A stretch of 64,000 nucleotides of DNA. Source: Eledone cirrhosa (Eukaryota). Shown here piece after piece: positions 1-11,189 of this stretch. Below the pieces are notes generated by a model, which was not told the DNA's origin, searched no databases, and worked only from the letters and a program-made list of their open reading frames with translations. Location of the stretch: assembly GCA_964016885.1 (NCBI GenBank), contig OZ024743.1:61070001-61134000 (forward strand). Reading direction: 5' to 3'. Both the position numbers and the translations under genes were made by a program. The number at the start of each line of letters is the position of its first letter. Positions within the stretch are counted from its first letter, which is position 1.

Positions 1-427
1 TGTTTTCGATTATTCTCTAAGTATAAACAATTCTATCTTTCCATTAGGACTTATTATTATATAAGAAACTAGGTGGGTAGTATGTGTAACGGCAAGTAGT
101 GGGTGTTGTGTGGAAAAAATTCATTTACCGTTATCGCGGTATTTACTTATTTCATGAATAACAATTTCAATACTTAGTAGTTAAAGGGGAATAACTTATA
201 TTCAAGGGAAATAACTCTCTTGGTATTATAGATTGTATATACCGAACCGGAAAATAATTTTGTCAATCTAATTATGTTATGTTTGAAGTATTTCTTCGGT
301 GTCAATATTTGATGCTTTTTAGCCCACGCTTAAACTCTAAGTGGACAACAGACCTATGATAAAAAGCGTCCCAGACATGGGCGTTCCGCTTTTGTGGAGA
401 AAATAGTGTATCTAAGAGTAAAATATA

Positions 428-752
428 CTAGCTGACGTACCCGGCTTCGCCCGAGTAAACAGATGATAAGAGAAGACAGGTAAAAGAGAAAATGACTGTC
501 AGGCAGAAGATGAACCATCTCCTAGAGGTCACTATTCTAGATGGGAACACCTAGAATTGTTCATATACTATGCACAAACGGTACGACGAAGAATCTAGTA
601 TATCTGGAAGATTTCTTTTACTGTTTTTGGTATCACACAGACACCACGGACTCGCCTCATACTGTAACCAGACAAACATCCAATACAGTCATTTTCTCAA
701 AAGGATGATCGAAGTTCCAATCTTTTATATTATATGTAGATATAGATATAGA
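428..752 (-). mobile_element. possible short non-autonomous Helitron (about 315-325 bp) supplying the CTAG 3' end
   Basis: Minus strand starts TCTATATCTATATCTACATATAATATAAAAG (Helitron-like 5' TC end) and ends in hairpin + CTAG. The same 3' terminus recurs, degenerate, at 22832. Confidence 0.5.
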
Positions 753-1134
753 TAATTAATATAAAAGATGTCCGTCAATGTAAAAAAGGTCCCTATTTAC
801 TTTATACAAATGCCAAATTAATATGGATATGGATAACATGCTTATCTATAAGTGGTCAACTATAATAATAAAACAACAAATTATATGACACAAAAATTTA
901 TTCAGTAATTTCCAGGCTCTTAGCTACTGAGTAATAGACAGTCAATATTGCCCAGAGTTCAACTCGAGGAGATGGCCTGATTTGAACTCCAATGGCGGAT
1001 CCTTCTACTTCGAAAATAGAATCGTTTTTCAATATTACTCTAGACCTGGCCGGTCATAGGCACCAAACTTTTTGCCAGATTCAGCATATGATGAGGTTTT
1101 ATTACCACCGCTATCAGAAGCGATAAATTTGAAG

Positions 1135-1480
1135 ACAATTTCTACCAATACTTGTTGGTTTTTATTGCTCATTATCGACAATAAATGACATTGAAAAGAA
1201 ATGATAACTCTGTCAAAGCTCACAATACTGATCAAAGGACACCAATTTCTGACTCATTTACGTCGAATATTCATAGCAGTAAAGGCAATTTATACCAATA
1301 CTTGTTGGTATTTATTGCGCAACATAGCAGTGCAAGCAATTTTTACCAAAATTTGTTTGCTTTTATTGCTCATAACGACATTAAATGACATTGAATATAA
1401 ATGATAACTGTCAAAGCTCACAATATTGATCAAAGGACACCAATGTCCGAATCATTTAAGTCGCTTATTGATAGCATTAA
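1135..1480. repeat. imperfect tandem duplication (about 200-bp period) in the Helitron 3' region
   Basis: aaatgacattgaa...aatgataact..gtcaaagctcacaata.tgatcaaaggacaccaat occurs at about 1182-1247 and 1383-1445. Confidence 0.7.
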
Positions 1481-1493
1481 AGATATGCTTACA

Positions 1494-3228
1494 TTAGCTC
1501 AAAGCTTCATTATAGACAATATTCAGGGTTGTTCCTCTGTTAGTGGTATCAATTGCAAATTTTACACCATCAGGATGGCACACTCGAGATGCAGCAACAT
1601 ACAGTTGCCCATGGTTGAATGCTGGATCATTCAAGTAGACACCGACTCGCTTGAAAGTCTGTCCCTGTGCCTTGTTGACAGTCATGGAGAAGGCCAGATT
1701 GACGGGAAACTGTCTCCTTTGCCAAATGAATGGCAGCACATCTTCACTTGGTCTCAGCATGATCCTCGGAATGAGAACCGAGTCCTCTCTGCCTGGGAGC
1801 TTAGCTTCTAAATCTCTTCCGTTAATCAATCTCTCAACAATCAATCTGGTACCATTGCAAATACCCATTTTATAATTGATATTTCTAAGTAATATAATCG
1901 GCAAACCCTTTTTCAACCTCAAAATGTGTGTGTGTGGGGGGGGGGGGGGGGGGGGGGTCCGGTATTTGAAGTGAATTCACATACTCAGTCGGAACATTCA
2001 TATTGTTATGCTGATTAGGCTCCATTGCATCCGCACTGACGGTCAACCATTCCTCTCCAGGAAACATTCCGGCTACTTGTGCATTTATTTCATCGACCGT
2101 TGCATTCGTATGAGTTAGAATAACGCGTTCCCATATCCAAGAGATATTCTGCCAAAAAGCATTCAAATTAGGGAACACCTAGTCAATCAATGCTTGGCGG
2201 TCCAGTGGCATGACTAAATGGTCTGGGATCCTTACAGTCTGATTATCACCAACGTGTTGCAATTCATCGTTTCCCAACTGCATCAACCATCGGCCGTATG
2301 TCTCAGCCTCTTTGTTTTGCCCGAACATACGAAGTCGCATATTATCGTGTAATCGCAAAACTCTGAAATGGCGCCACAACGGGGACTTTTTCAGATATGC
2401 ATCGACAATTTGCGCTCTTTGAGCATTCCTAACAATTGGTAGCACCTGTCTGAAATCGCCACCAAGAACGATAGTCTTACTACCGAATGGCAGGTCACTA
2501 CCGCAAATATCTCTCAAAGTTCTGTCCAATGCCTCCAGCAAATATCTGTGTGCCATTGGGGCCTCGTCCCAAATAATCAGAGACGTATTGCGTATAAGGC
2601 GCGCGAGTTCACTTTGTCCTGTAATGTTACAGACACTCAACTCATCCGGAGCCAATGGAGCCTTGAAGCATGAGTGGAAGGTCCTTCCACCACTCAGCAA
2701 AGTGGCAGCGATCCCACTGGTGGCCACAGGGAGAGCAATCTTCCTCTGAGCTCTGACTGCCGATAACACAGTGTTGAAACAGAATGTCTTTCCGGTGCCT
2801 CCTGGAGCATCTATGAAAGCACAAAGTTGCTCATTAGTGGAAATAGAGTGGAGAAAACCATGGACCAATTCTCTCTGAGATTGGGTTAACATTGGCATAC
2901 GTTCATCCACAATACGTTGCTGTTCCAGTGGATCAAACTGGAATAGTTCCCTCCGATCGAGTGGCAACTGTCTAAGCTGCAATCTCATGTTCAATGCTAA
3001 GACACGTTGCCGCATTTCTTTATCGGGAATTGGCAAATTGAAATCTGTTAAACATTTGAAATGAACTTCAAGCATTTGCTCAATATTGAGCAAAACAATA
3101 GCTTTCATCAAATTTTCATCATCGACCTGAAGATGATGCCTAAAATCATCAGCCATAATTCCCCAAAGGCGTTCAAATAACTCTCTTGGATCGGCAGGAT
3201 TGCAGAATCCTAGAATCGTGACAAACAA
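1494..3228 (-). pseudogene. Helitron PIF1-type SF1B helicase domain, frameshifted
   Basis: ORFs 2179-3228, 1885-2178 and 1494-1922 carry Walker A DAPGGTGKT, IIWDEAPM, GGDFRQVLP, CNGTRL, RRQFPVNLAFSMTVNKAQGQT and HGQLYVAASRV. Broken by a stop near 2179 and a poly-G/GT run near 1925-1958. Confidence 0.93.
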
Positions 3229-4267
3229 CTACCTTATTTGATGTGGCATCTGTGTTGTTCCTGCAGCTTCCATGGCATTATTCCATTCAGCGTCATCCTG
3301 AAGGAGTCCCAGATGCTGACACACAGCCTGGTATGTTTCATATTCCACGCCATTGATTGTTTTCAAATCAGCGAAGCTCTGTTTACCTCTCTAAACATCA
3401 TTATGCAACTGAATTCGGAGATAAAACACATCAACAGATGCTGGATGCACATTATAAACCCGTTCAATAGTCATGAATCTCAACTTTTGTTTTCTATCAT
3501 TCCATTTCTTTCCCTTCTTATCCCACGTATAGTGCGAAGGGAAATCGCAGTAGCGTTGCCTTTGATCCGGGTTCAAAGCATGTTCCCTATTATGCTTGAA
3601 CCACTCAGTCAATTCCGTCTTAGGAGGTGGTGCGTTAGCAATTCTTTCACACCTCTTCTAGTGTCCTGAAAACAGACTAATTGCCTATTCTCTCAGTGAA
3701 CCGTCAGTTTCTGAACGCTGGGTTTGCGTTCATTGAGATCAAAATCGAACAATCTCCAGCAAGCTTCGCTAGATCCAATCGAGCGAACATCCTGGAACCT
3801 GCCAACTTCATCTCCTTGGTTCGCTTCTTCATTCCTGACATTGATTATTGCCCGATCATGACCTTTGTAAAAATATTTGAATAGATATTTGCAAGCTTTC
3901 ACTGAGCTACAAATTTCCACATTAATATGACAACTATATTTCATAATCAAATATGAATTGTATGGCACAACCCATTGATTTGTAACCTGTCGACCGTTTA
4001 CATTTTCGACCAAACCTCCATCTGCAGGCGACCGACTTCCGTATGAAAGATAAGCATCCCCATCGTTCCAGGAAGTGTTCGTGACAAAAGATTTCGGAAA
4101 GTGTTTATTGCATTGGCCATTTTTCATGCAAGGCGCTTTCCGATTTGCCACTCCGCATTGGTTGTGCACCATTGACTTTGCCACCAAGTTGTGTAGTGCC
4201 TCATTCTCCGGCAGTTCAGCACACACAACGCTGTCGACATCCTCAGCACATCTCAATTTGCAATCTC
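3229..4267 (-). pseudogene. Helitron Rep domain, C-terminal part (motif 3) and Rep-helicase linker
   Basis: WVVPYN, HINVEICSSVKACKYLFKYFYKGHD (catalytic YxxKY motif) and SSEACWR. Continues in frame from 8702 once the LTR element is removed (..ILHRD|CKLR..). Confidence 0.92.
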
Positions 4268-4626
4268 TGTGGTGGGAAAAAGCTATCTCACTTACCACTT
4301 TTCAAAGGCGCCGCTCTGATCTCCACTGCATGGTAGTTTTAAGACCATTTCGTGTACGTCCTTCTTCCTCGGTTGGCCGTCTCAATATCGTTTTGCTCTT
4401 TTCACTAGCGCTGCTATCGTCCTGCTCCTTACTCCTCGCCTGCCTGCTTCCGACTGCCTAGCACCGGGAGATCCCAAACTGGCGTTTACGCCGTTGCTAG
4501 GTACTACGCTAGATACTGCCCAAACTTGCGTTCACCCAGTTGCTAGACACTGCCCAAACTGGCGTTCGCCCCGTTGCTAGGCACCACTAGGCACCTGCAG
4601 CCACCGCACGCCACACCATACCCACA
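4268..4626 (-). repeat. 3' LTR (359 bp)
   Basis: Direct repeat of 8323-8701, with about 7 substitutions and one 20-bp indel by manual alignment. Contains short internal repeats (cccaaactggcgtt...gttgctag x3). Confidence 0.95.
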
Positions 4627-4642
4627 CGCCCCCCTGATCTCA
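4627..4642 (-). other. polypurine tract
   Basis: Minus strand GAGATCAGGGGGGCG lies immediately before the TG of the 3' LTR. Confidence 0.8.
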
Positions 4643-7485
4643 AGGATCAATTTCCTCCTCGTCTCTCTGCATGTGGAAGTCTGCTGTCCAGGTTGGTGAT
4701 CTACGACATCGTTGCGATCTCCGTAGTATTGGGGCAGGACTCTGAGTTTCCACCTCATCTTGGGTTTCCTCTTCCTCGGAGTCCGTCGACACAGTGACTC
4801 TTCTTACACCCAGGACATGACGTGGTACCCCGTCCACGGACACATTGTTCTTCGAATTTACGGCCGTCACTGTTCCCCTTCCCCATTGAGATGTGCAACG
4901 TGCATCTGGGGGCTTAACCCAGACTTCTTAGTCCACCTGCACGAATGCACTCTCTTTCCCCACTGGCCGTTGTGGTGGCGCGCACGGGTGACTCCACTCG
5001 TATTTGAATACTGCTCTGTGTGGCACCGATTCCTCGACCTGTCCAACCCGAGGAGACATGTTGTACCAGAACACTTCCTCCATTGGTGAGACATGGCTCC
5101 GCTCCGCCATTGCCTTGATCGTCCGGTGGTGTCGCTCCACGATTCCATTCCCGCTCGGCCTGTGCGCCGCTCTGAAGAAACGGTTCACCTTCCATCCATC
5201 GAGCATCTCCCTCAGTGCCTCCGAGCGGAACGCTGCGCCGTTGTCCATCAGCAGTTCGTCCACAGGGCCCCGCTCCAAGAACACCTCTCTCAACGTCTGC
5301 ACGATTTCCTCGGCCGTTCCAGTCCTCATCTCCCTCCATATCGCCATTCGACCTGGTCCACAGTCGATCATCGAGAGGTACGTTCCCTGCCGGTAGTGCG
5401 TCACATCCACCGCTAATCGCTTCCAGTCGCGATCCACCGGGAGGCTTCCCGTTTCGTGTACACCCGGGGCAGGATCAATGGACTGACATCGGATGCAGCC
5501 TCTAACCACTCCCTGAACACTGTGTCTGCTAACGTCCGGGTCGATTCTCCTGGCTAGGAACAGGCTCCTATCCACCCCCATATGGTGCATGTCATGAAAC
5601 CCCTTCAGATCCGACTCGGTCAGCCGATACACAGCGCCTATCTCATACTCTACCTCCTCCGGAGCTCCCATCCAGGCTTTCTTCACTCTAGTTAATATGT
5701 CCGCCCTGTTTTTCTCTGAGGGCACGAAAACTACGCTCAGCCTCAGGTCGAACTCGGTGGCCAGCTCTCCTAAAGTTCCCAGGCGGCACTTTATCAGCAT
5801 CTCCGCCGCGCCTCTCGTTCGCACTCTCTTCTCACTGGTGAGCACTGATCTCACCCATCCGAGAACAGTAGCCGAGTCGGTGCGTATCTCGATGGTGTGC
5901 AGCCCCCACCGCAGGGCGAGGTTCACTCCTCTCAACACCGCGAGCCAGTTCGGCCACATTGATGTGATTGCAGTCGTCCTTCTTTCTAAGCCAGGCTGCA
6001 TCCTCAACCTCAACACCTCCTATCTCCAACGTGACACCCAGCGCTATGCTGCTGGCATCGCACCACACGGTCGCGCTCTGTGATTTGGGAACATACCAGC
6101 GTCCCCGCACTGGGTCGTCGGCCTTCACCCTTCCCACGATCTCCTGCATCATGGCCACCGTCCTCTCTCCCACTCTGTCACTCCAAGTCACTCCTCCCGC
6201 TCGTCTCTTGACATAGCTGCATGCCGTCCGGAGCCACCCAGCGATCGGGTAGTGACCCACCAGCTTTCCGCACACCGAGAAAAGCTCCCGCCTACTCATA
6301 CTTTGGCCCAGTTCCGGAACTTCGTTTCCCCTCTGGAATACCAAAACGCCCTTCCTGTCTCGCCGTAGCCTAAGTCCCAGCGCGGCTCCTCCCGTACCCC
6401 TGTAGATGGCTCGTGACCTCCGCCGCCGACACCACCGACTCGTCCACTAAGATGTCGTCAATGTAGGAGTTAGTAGCCCTCTTTATCTTGTCAGCCTTCC
6501 CCAGAACGGTCTTGAGGACCGCCGACATGATCTTCGGTGCGGAGCTCAGCCCGAAACCGAGCCTGGTCAGGCAATATATCCGGCCCTTATACCTGACCAG
6601 CTGATACCGCCAGAGCTTCTCAGCTATATGCAACTGCAAGTAAGCCGACTTTAAGTCTACGATCGCTGAACCCCCCGTCATGCGTCTCCACTCACGCAGG
6701 GTTTCCCCGCAGATATCCGTGACCTCGCCACCCGTGTGGCATGACACGTGTTCGTTCAGCTCCCGATAGTCCAGCACCGGCCTCACCTTGCTCTTCGTGG
6801 GTTGCACCACCGCCATTAACGGCAATACTCCGCACTTCACCTCCTCCTTCCAGGGAAGCAGTATGCCCTCTTCGATCCATCTCTCTACTTCTCGCTCGAA
6901 CTTGCTCCTAACGTTTCTCTTCAATGTATGTTGATAGCAGCCCACTTTGGTCTTCAGTGTTGGTGGTTCTCCCTTCCAGTACCACTCAACAACCCATTGC
7001 TGCCCATCAAACACGGCCTTGAAGTCTTTGTCCTGCACAGTGTAAGCGGGGTATTCCTCCTCGTGGGCCTTCTGGTTCTCATGACGTGCACTGACTGCGC
7101 ATGCCGATGCAGCGGCGCCAGACGACACACCGAGGTTGTCCACCGTGACGCCTCCTAAACGGCCAATCTGGCCCATGCCCTTAACCACGCTGATCCCATC
7201 CACCACACTGTCTACTACGATGGCCGAAAGCTTTATCCTCCTTCCCCGTATGGCTATTTCCACCTCGCTGCGACCTCGGCATTCGATTTTCCTGCCGTCG
7301 ACTGCCCTTACACTGCTCTTCCCTCCCCACCTCTGTGCCACCCCCGCGGTCACCAGTGTCGTCGTACAGCCCGTGTCCACGAGGGCTCGCTGTGGCTTCC
7401 CCCTCACGAAGACTTCCACCACGGGCAGCGCCGCTACTCGTAAGGGGCAACTACCGGCGCAGTAGTTCCCCTTGGATCGTTTCCC
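4640..7485 (-). pseudogene. pol polyprotein (protease, RT, RNase H, integrase), disrupted
   Basis: PR ALVDTGC; RT RPVLDYRELN, DLKSAYLQ, LGFGL, YIDD; RNase H WCDASS..NVAEL..TDS; IN HxxHH..CxxC, AVDVT, DNG, GIVER. Frame breaks near 6385, 5945 and 4925 (ORFs 6370-7422, 5832-6344, 4928-6016, 4640-4870). Confidence 0.92.
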
Positions 7486-8195
7486 TGGTCACAGTTAGTA
7501 GCGATGTGGCCTGGTCGCTTACACCGGTAGCAAATTATCTCCGGCCTCAACTCTCTACAGTCTCTAGCCATGTGCGGACCATGGCAACGAAAACAGCGCC
7601 CTCTAAACGTTCGCGTTCGACCGCGTGCCGAGGTTGCCTCCCTTTCACTGTTTCGCTGCCAGGTGTCCTGAGCCTCCGTAGTTGCCATCGCCGCAACACT
7701 CTTTTTGGCATCTTCTGCTATGATCCGGGCTTGTTCCACCAGTGAACGCATTTCCATCTCTTTATAACCCGGGACTTGCTGCAGCCTCACCGCTATGTCG
7801 TCTGGAAATCCATTAATGATCGCCAACCGCACCGTGCGTTCGCATTCCGCCTGATAACCAGCCAACATGGTCAACCGCCTTATTTCCGCTGCGAAAATGT
7901 CGACGCGTTCACCATTCCACCTAATTCTCGCCAGCTTAGCAAAAGCTGCCAACGGTCCCTCGGCGAATGCATCTATCAGACGCTGCTCAATCTTCTGCGC
8001 ATCTCTTTGGCTGTGCTCGTCCAACTCAAGGAAGAGTACCAGCGCGTCTCCCTCGAGGTAGAGTGCCATTAGGCCAGCCACATCCTCTATCTTTTGCAAG
8101 CTTGCGACCAGCCGAACTTTCCGCAGCCAAGCGATTACATCACCCTCCCCGGTAAATGCCCTGATGGCTTCGCTCGTCCGTAGTCTTGTCGCCAT
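7434..8195 (-). CDS. gag (253 aa) with two CCHC zinc knuckles
   Basis: Intact ORF with CFRCHGPHMARDC and CYRCKRPGHIATNC; overlaps pol in the -1 frame. Confidence 0.9.
   Translation of the reverse strand: MATRLRTSEAIRAFTGEGDVIAWLRKVRLVASLQKIEDVAGLMALYLEGDALVLFLELDEHSQRDAQKIEQRLIDAFAEGPLAAFAKLARIRWNGERVDIFAAEIRRLTMLAGYQAECERTVRLAIINGFPDDIAVRLQQVPGYKEMEMRSLVEQARIIAEDAKKSVAAMATTEAQDTWQRNSEREATSARGRTRTFRGRCFRCHGPHMARDCRELRPEIICYRCKRPGHIATNCDQGNDPRGTTAPVVAPYE
7442..7485 (-). promoter_or_regulatory. -1 ribosomal frameshift signal (gag-pol)
   Basis: Slippery heptamer G GGA AAC (7485-7479) in the gag frame, 5-nt spacer, then stem-loop AAGGGG-AACTAC..GTAGTT-G-CCCCTT (7473-7442). The -1 frame reads RSKGNYCAGSCPLRVAALPVVEVFVRGK into the protease. 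Confidence 0.88.
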
Positions 8196-8310
8196 CCTCT
8201 GATTTGTCTAGCGGTAAGTGACACAAAAAAAAAAAACCAACAGACTCCTCTCTGTTTTTCCAGTAGCTTTTTCTTCTTTCTTCATTGTTCCGTCGGATCT
8301 GTTTCCAGTG

Positions 8311-8322
8311 GCCGAAATAGCT
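8311..8322 (-). other. atypical primer-binding site complementary to tRNA-Phe nt 1-12
   Basis: Minus strand AGCTATTTCGGC directly follows the 5' LTR CA. It is the complement of GCCGAAAUAGCU, the 5' end of metazoan cytosolic tRNA-Phe(GAA). Confidence 0.6.
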
Positions 8323-8701
8323 TGTGGCGGGAAAAAGCTATCTCACTTACCGCTTTTCAAAGGCGCCGCTCTGATCTCCACTGCATGGTAGTTTGAAGAC
8401 CATTTCGTGTACGTCCTTCTTCCTCGGTTGGCCGTCTCTATCCACGTATCAACAGTCCCATATCGTTTTGCTCTTTTCACTAGCGCTGCTATCGTCCTGC
8501 TCCTTACTCCTCGCCTGCCTGCTTCCGACTGCCTAGCACCGGGAGATCCCAAACTGGCGTTTACGCCGTTGCTAGGTACTACGCTAGGTACTTCCCAAAC
8601 TTGCGTTCACCCCGTTGCTAGACACTGCCCAAACTGGCGTTCGCCCCGTTGCTAGGCACCACTAGGTACCTGCAGCCACCGCACGCCACACCATACCCAC
8701 A
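8323..8701 (-). repeat. 5' LTR (379 bp)
   Basis: TG...CA direct repeat of 4268-4626, followed on the plus strand by TSD ATCTC. Confidence 0.95.
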
Positions 8702-10461
8702 ATCTCTATGTAAAATGATCAGCAAATGTGCATGTGGCAATCCTCTTTTTTGGAATTCAATTACGTATGTAAAAGCAACTATACCTCCAAAGATTCCCTC
8801 TTTTTCCACATCATCCATTATCTTTTTCAGATATCCTTTGAATACTCTTGCCACAATATCAGGACCGTCCTTTGGCTGTTGTCCTGGAAAAAGTGAATCC
8901 TTAATATCAGTCCATTCAGGATTGCATGAAACCGTTATAAACAAATCTGGCTTTCCAAACTTTCTGACAATAGCTATTGCATCCTGATAGCGAATGTTCA
9001 TATATCTCGGGCCGCCGATGAACGATGGCAAAATGATGCGTCGACCAATTTGCTTGTAATTGGCATCATCGGCTGTTATAACATCCTGTATATAATTATA
9101 CAATTCAGCTCTGATATGTTGCTGATGTGTAGCTATATAATTTAGCCTTTGATTTTCGATCTTTGCTAATGCCATACAACAGTATTCCTGGAACAATCTG
9201 CTGGCTTGAAATAGCGCATTTCTCTGTTGATTCCTCTCGTTCAAATGGAACGCGTAAAAGTCGCGAATCGAATTATTGTGTCTATTGCCGCCTCCCTGTT
9301 GATGCTGATTCTCATGATCATCTAAATGAACAGACATGTTCCATCCATTTTCACCTTTTTGGAATAAAAGAACATAATGCAATGGATCGTATGTCCTATT
9401 TGACACATTGATAGTCTTGAGACCACCATCTCTGCGATTGAGGACGATATCTCTCGATCCAGGCTTATCGTCCATCAACACAGCAACTTCACGAAATCCT
9501 TCAGGGGCATTATATCGCCGTCGTGTTGATTCCTTGGCACTGCGTCAGCCTTAATCACCAATGTTTGCTGCTGAATATTTTGCAGTTCAGCCACCAACAT
9601 GAAATCAATAACATAAGGATTACACTGATTGCCGTTCAAGTTCAGTTATATTTCGCGACAACTTCATCCAACCGATCCTGATATCCTCCTCCGATTCACT
9701 ATAATCTGGATCGTTAACGTAAATTTGAGCGAATAGAGGCCTCTCTCCTGGGGTAACTTCTAAATTACCGATACAATGATACAAACGGCCTTGAATGACT
9801 ACATTCGGTTGCCATGCTCCACTCTCAAACATCTCACTAACTCTCTGCGATGCTAAAGCTAATGAATTGTTAATTTGCCGCGAATATTTGCGCAGTAATC
9901 TACCTCAGTCTCCTTGATCACGCTAAATACTTAGTATTTTAAACTCCGGTGACGCCTCATCATCCGGCATTCGCAAGGGTTCTAGTTGAACTGTTCCTTT
10001 ATGACAGCACATTGTGGACACTCTACTCGTCCACCAATCTGAAAATGACACGGTTGCCATGATCCATTTTTAATATGATCCGTTCGCCTTCTAGCCTCTT
10101 TACTGGAATGAGGAGCACTTTGGCGACACATTCTCTGAACTTCTGTATTGCGCTGGCGCTGTTCAGCCAGCTCCTCTTCATCCATCGCAGCACGCCGTTG
10201 CTGCTAAATTCCGGCCATCTGCTGATGAAGCTCAGCCAGTTAGTCTTCAACCATCGCAGCACGCCGTCACTGCTTGGCTCCAGTATTTCGTTGGCGTTGT
10301 TCAGCCAGCTCCTCTTCATTCATGGCAGCACGTCTTCGCCTCTGAAGTTCGGCGTTCAGATGGCGCTGTTCGGCCCGTTTGTCTTCATTGTTGGCTGCAC
10401 GCCATCGCCGCTGTAGTTCACTGTTTGATAAAGTCAAATTGCTTTTATTATCAGTATTCAT
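8702..10461 (-). pseudogene. Helitron RepHel N-terminus and Rep motifs 1-2, fragmented
   Basis: YDPLHYVLLF, GRRIILPSFIGGPRYM, KPDLFITVSCNPEW (motif 1), VIEFQKRGLPHAHLLI (HUH motif 2), IQGRLYH..FAQIYV. Charged N-terminal repeats (EEELAEQRQRN) run from an ATG near 10461; several frameshifts. Confidence 0.92.
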
Positions 10462-11189
10462 TTCGAGCAATTGTCAAAAAATGACACAATAATAAATATA
10501 AAAGATGTCCGTCAATGTAAAAAATGGTCCCTATTTACTCCCTTCACAACTCTGTGTATGTTAGACTGACAGAGAGGCACACAGACAGATAAGCTGCGTG
10601 GCGATTGTGGAACGCCACACACATTCACGCATGGAAACGCGCACACGCACGCAAATTTACACGCGCACACACTCACACATGTTGATAGTTTTTACTCTCT
10701 GTGGAACGCTGCACGCACACACACATAAACATACGCGCACGTACATACACACGCACACATGTTAATAGTTATTGCTTTACTTCCCCTCTTATTTCCACAC
10801 ACATCACACACACACACATGTCTCTACACTGACACATATACATAGGGTATCAAACACAGCGTTCACACTCTCCCCTCTCACTCCCTCATTGGCATTATGC
10901 ATATTAATTTCAGTTTGGCGTTGTTGAAGTGGGCGGAGTCGTTTGAAACCTATGAACCAATGATAATCGAGAATTATGACACACGGAATAATGACATTGT
11001 TGAAATTAATATATAGATAATATATATTCCTTTTCTTTTTAAGACAAGAGAATGTGGTTTGAGGGAGATTTGGTTACTATATAACATATTCAGCAACCAA
11101 TATGTCCCGATCTCTGTGTCTTGATAAGTCAACTTGTTTTCAATCCCAGTATTTCTCCAGGCATAATATAGATGTAATGCATAGATACG

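Larger units (their letters stand above)
4268..8701 (-). mobile_element. full-length Gypsy-like (Metaviridae order PR-RT-RH-IN) LTR retrotransposon, 4434 bp
   Basis: Two TG...CA LTRs, 5-bp TSD ATCTC (4263-4267 and 8702-8706), gag + pol, PPT. Visibly much more GC-rich than the flanks. Confidence 0.96.
428..11017 (-). mobile_element. Helitron, decayed autonomous Rep-helicase element, interrupted by an LTR retrotransposon
   Basis: Minus-strand 3' end reads CTCGGGCGAAGCCGGG (hairpin), then TACGTCAG, then CTAG|T (CTAG = 428-431). Candidate 5' end A|TCTATATATTAAT at 11017. RepHel coding fragments lie between. A second 5'-end-like motif at 740-752 makes the outer boundaries uncertain. Confidence 0.8.

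Noticed and set aside
8323-8346. Tf1-like self-priming using U5 GAGATAGCT
   Set aside because: The complementary segment is only about 12 nt from the PBS, which would leave too short a strong-stop DNA, and it matches less well than tRNA-Phe 1-12. Kept only as an alternative.
4543-8655. Overlapping and antisense ORFs within the LTR element, including a possible env
   Set aside because: Shadow ORFs of GC-rich coding DNA with no motifs; there is no room for env between integrase and the PPT.
4268-8701. GC-rich block as bacterial contamination or prophage
   Set aside because: LTRs, a TSD, gag/pol and in-frame restoration of the flanking Helitron show a genuine retrotransposon insertion.
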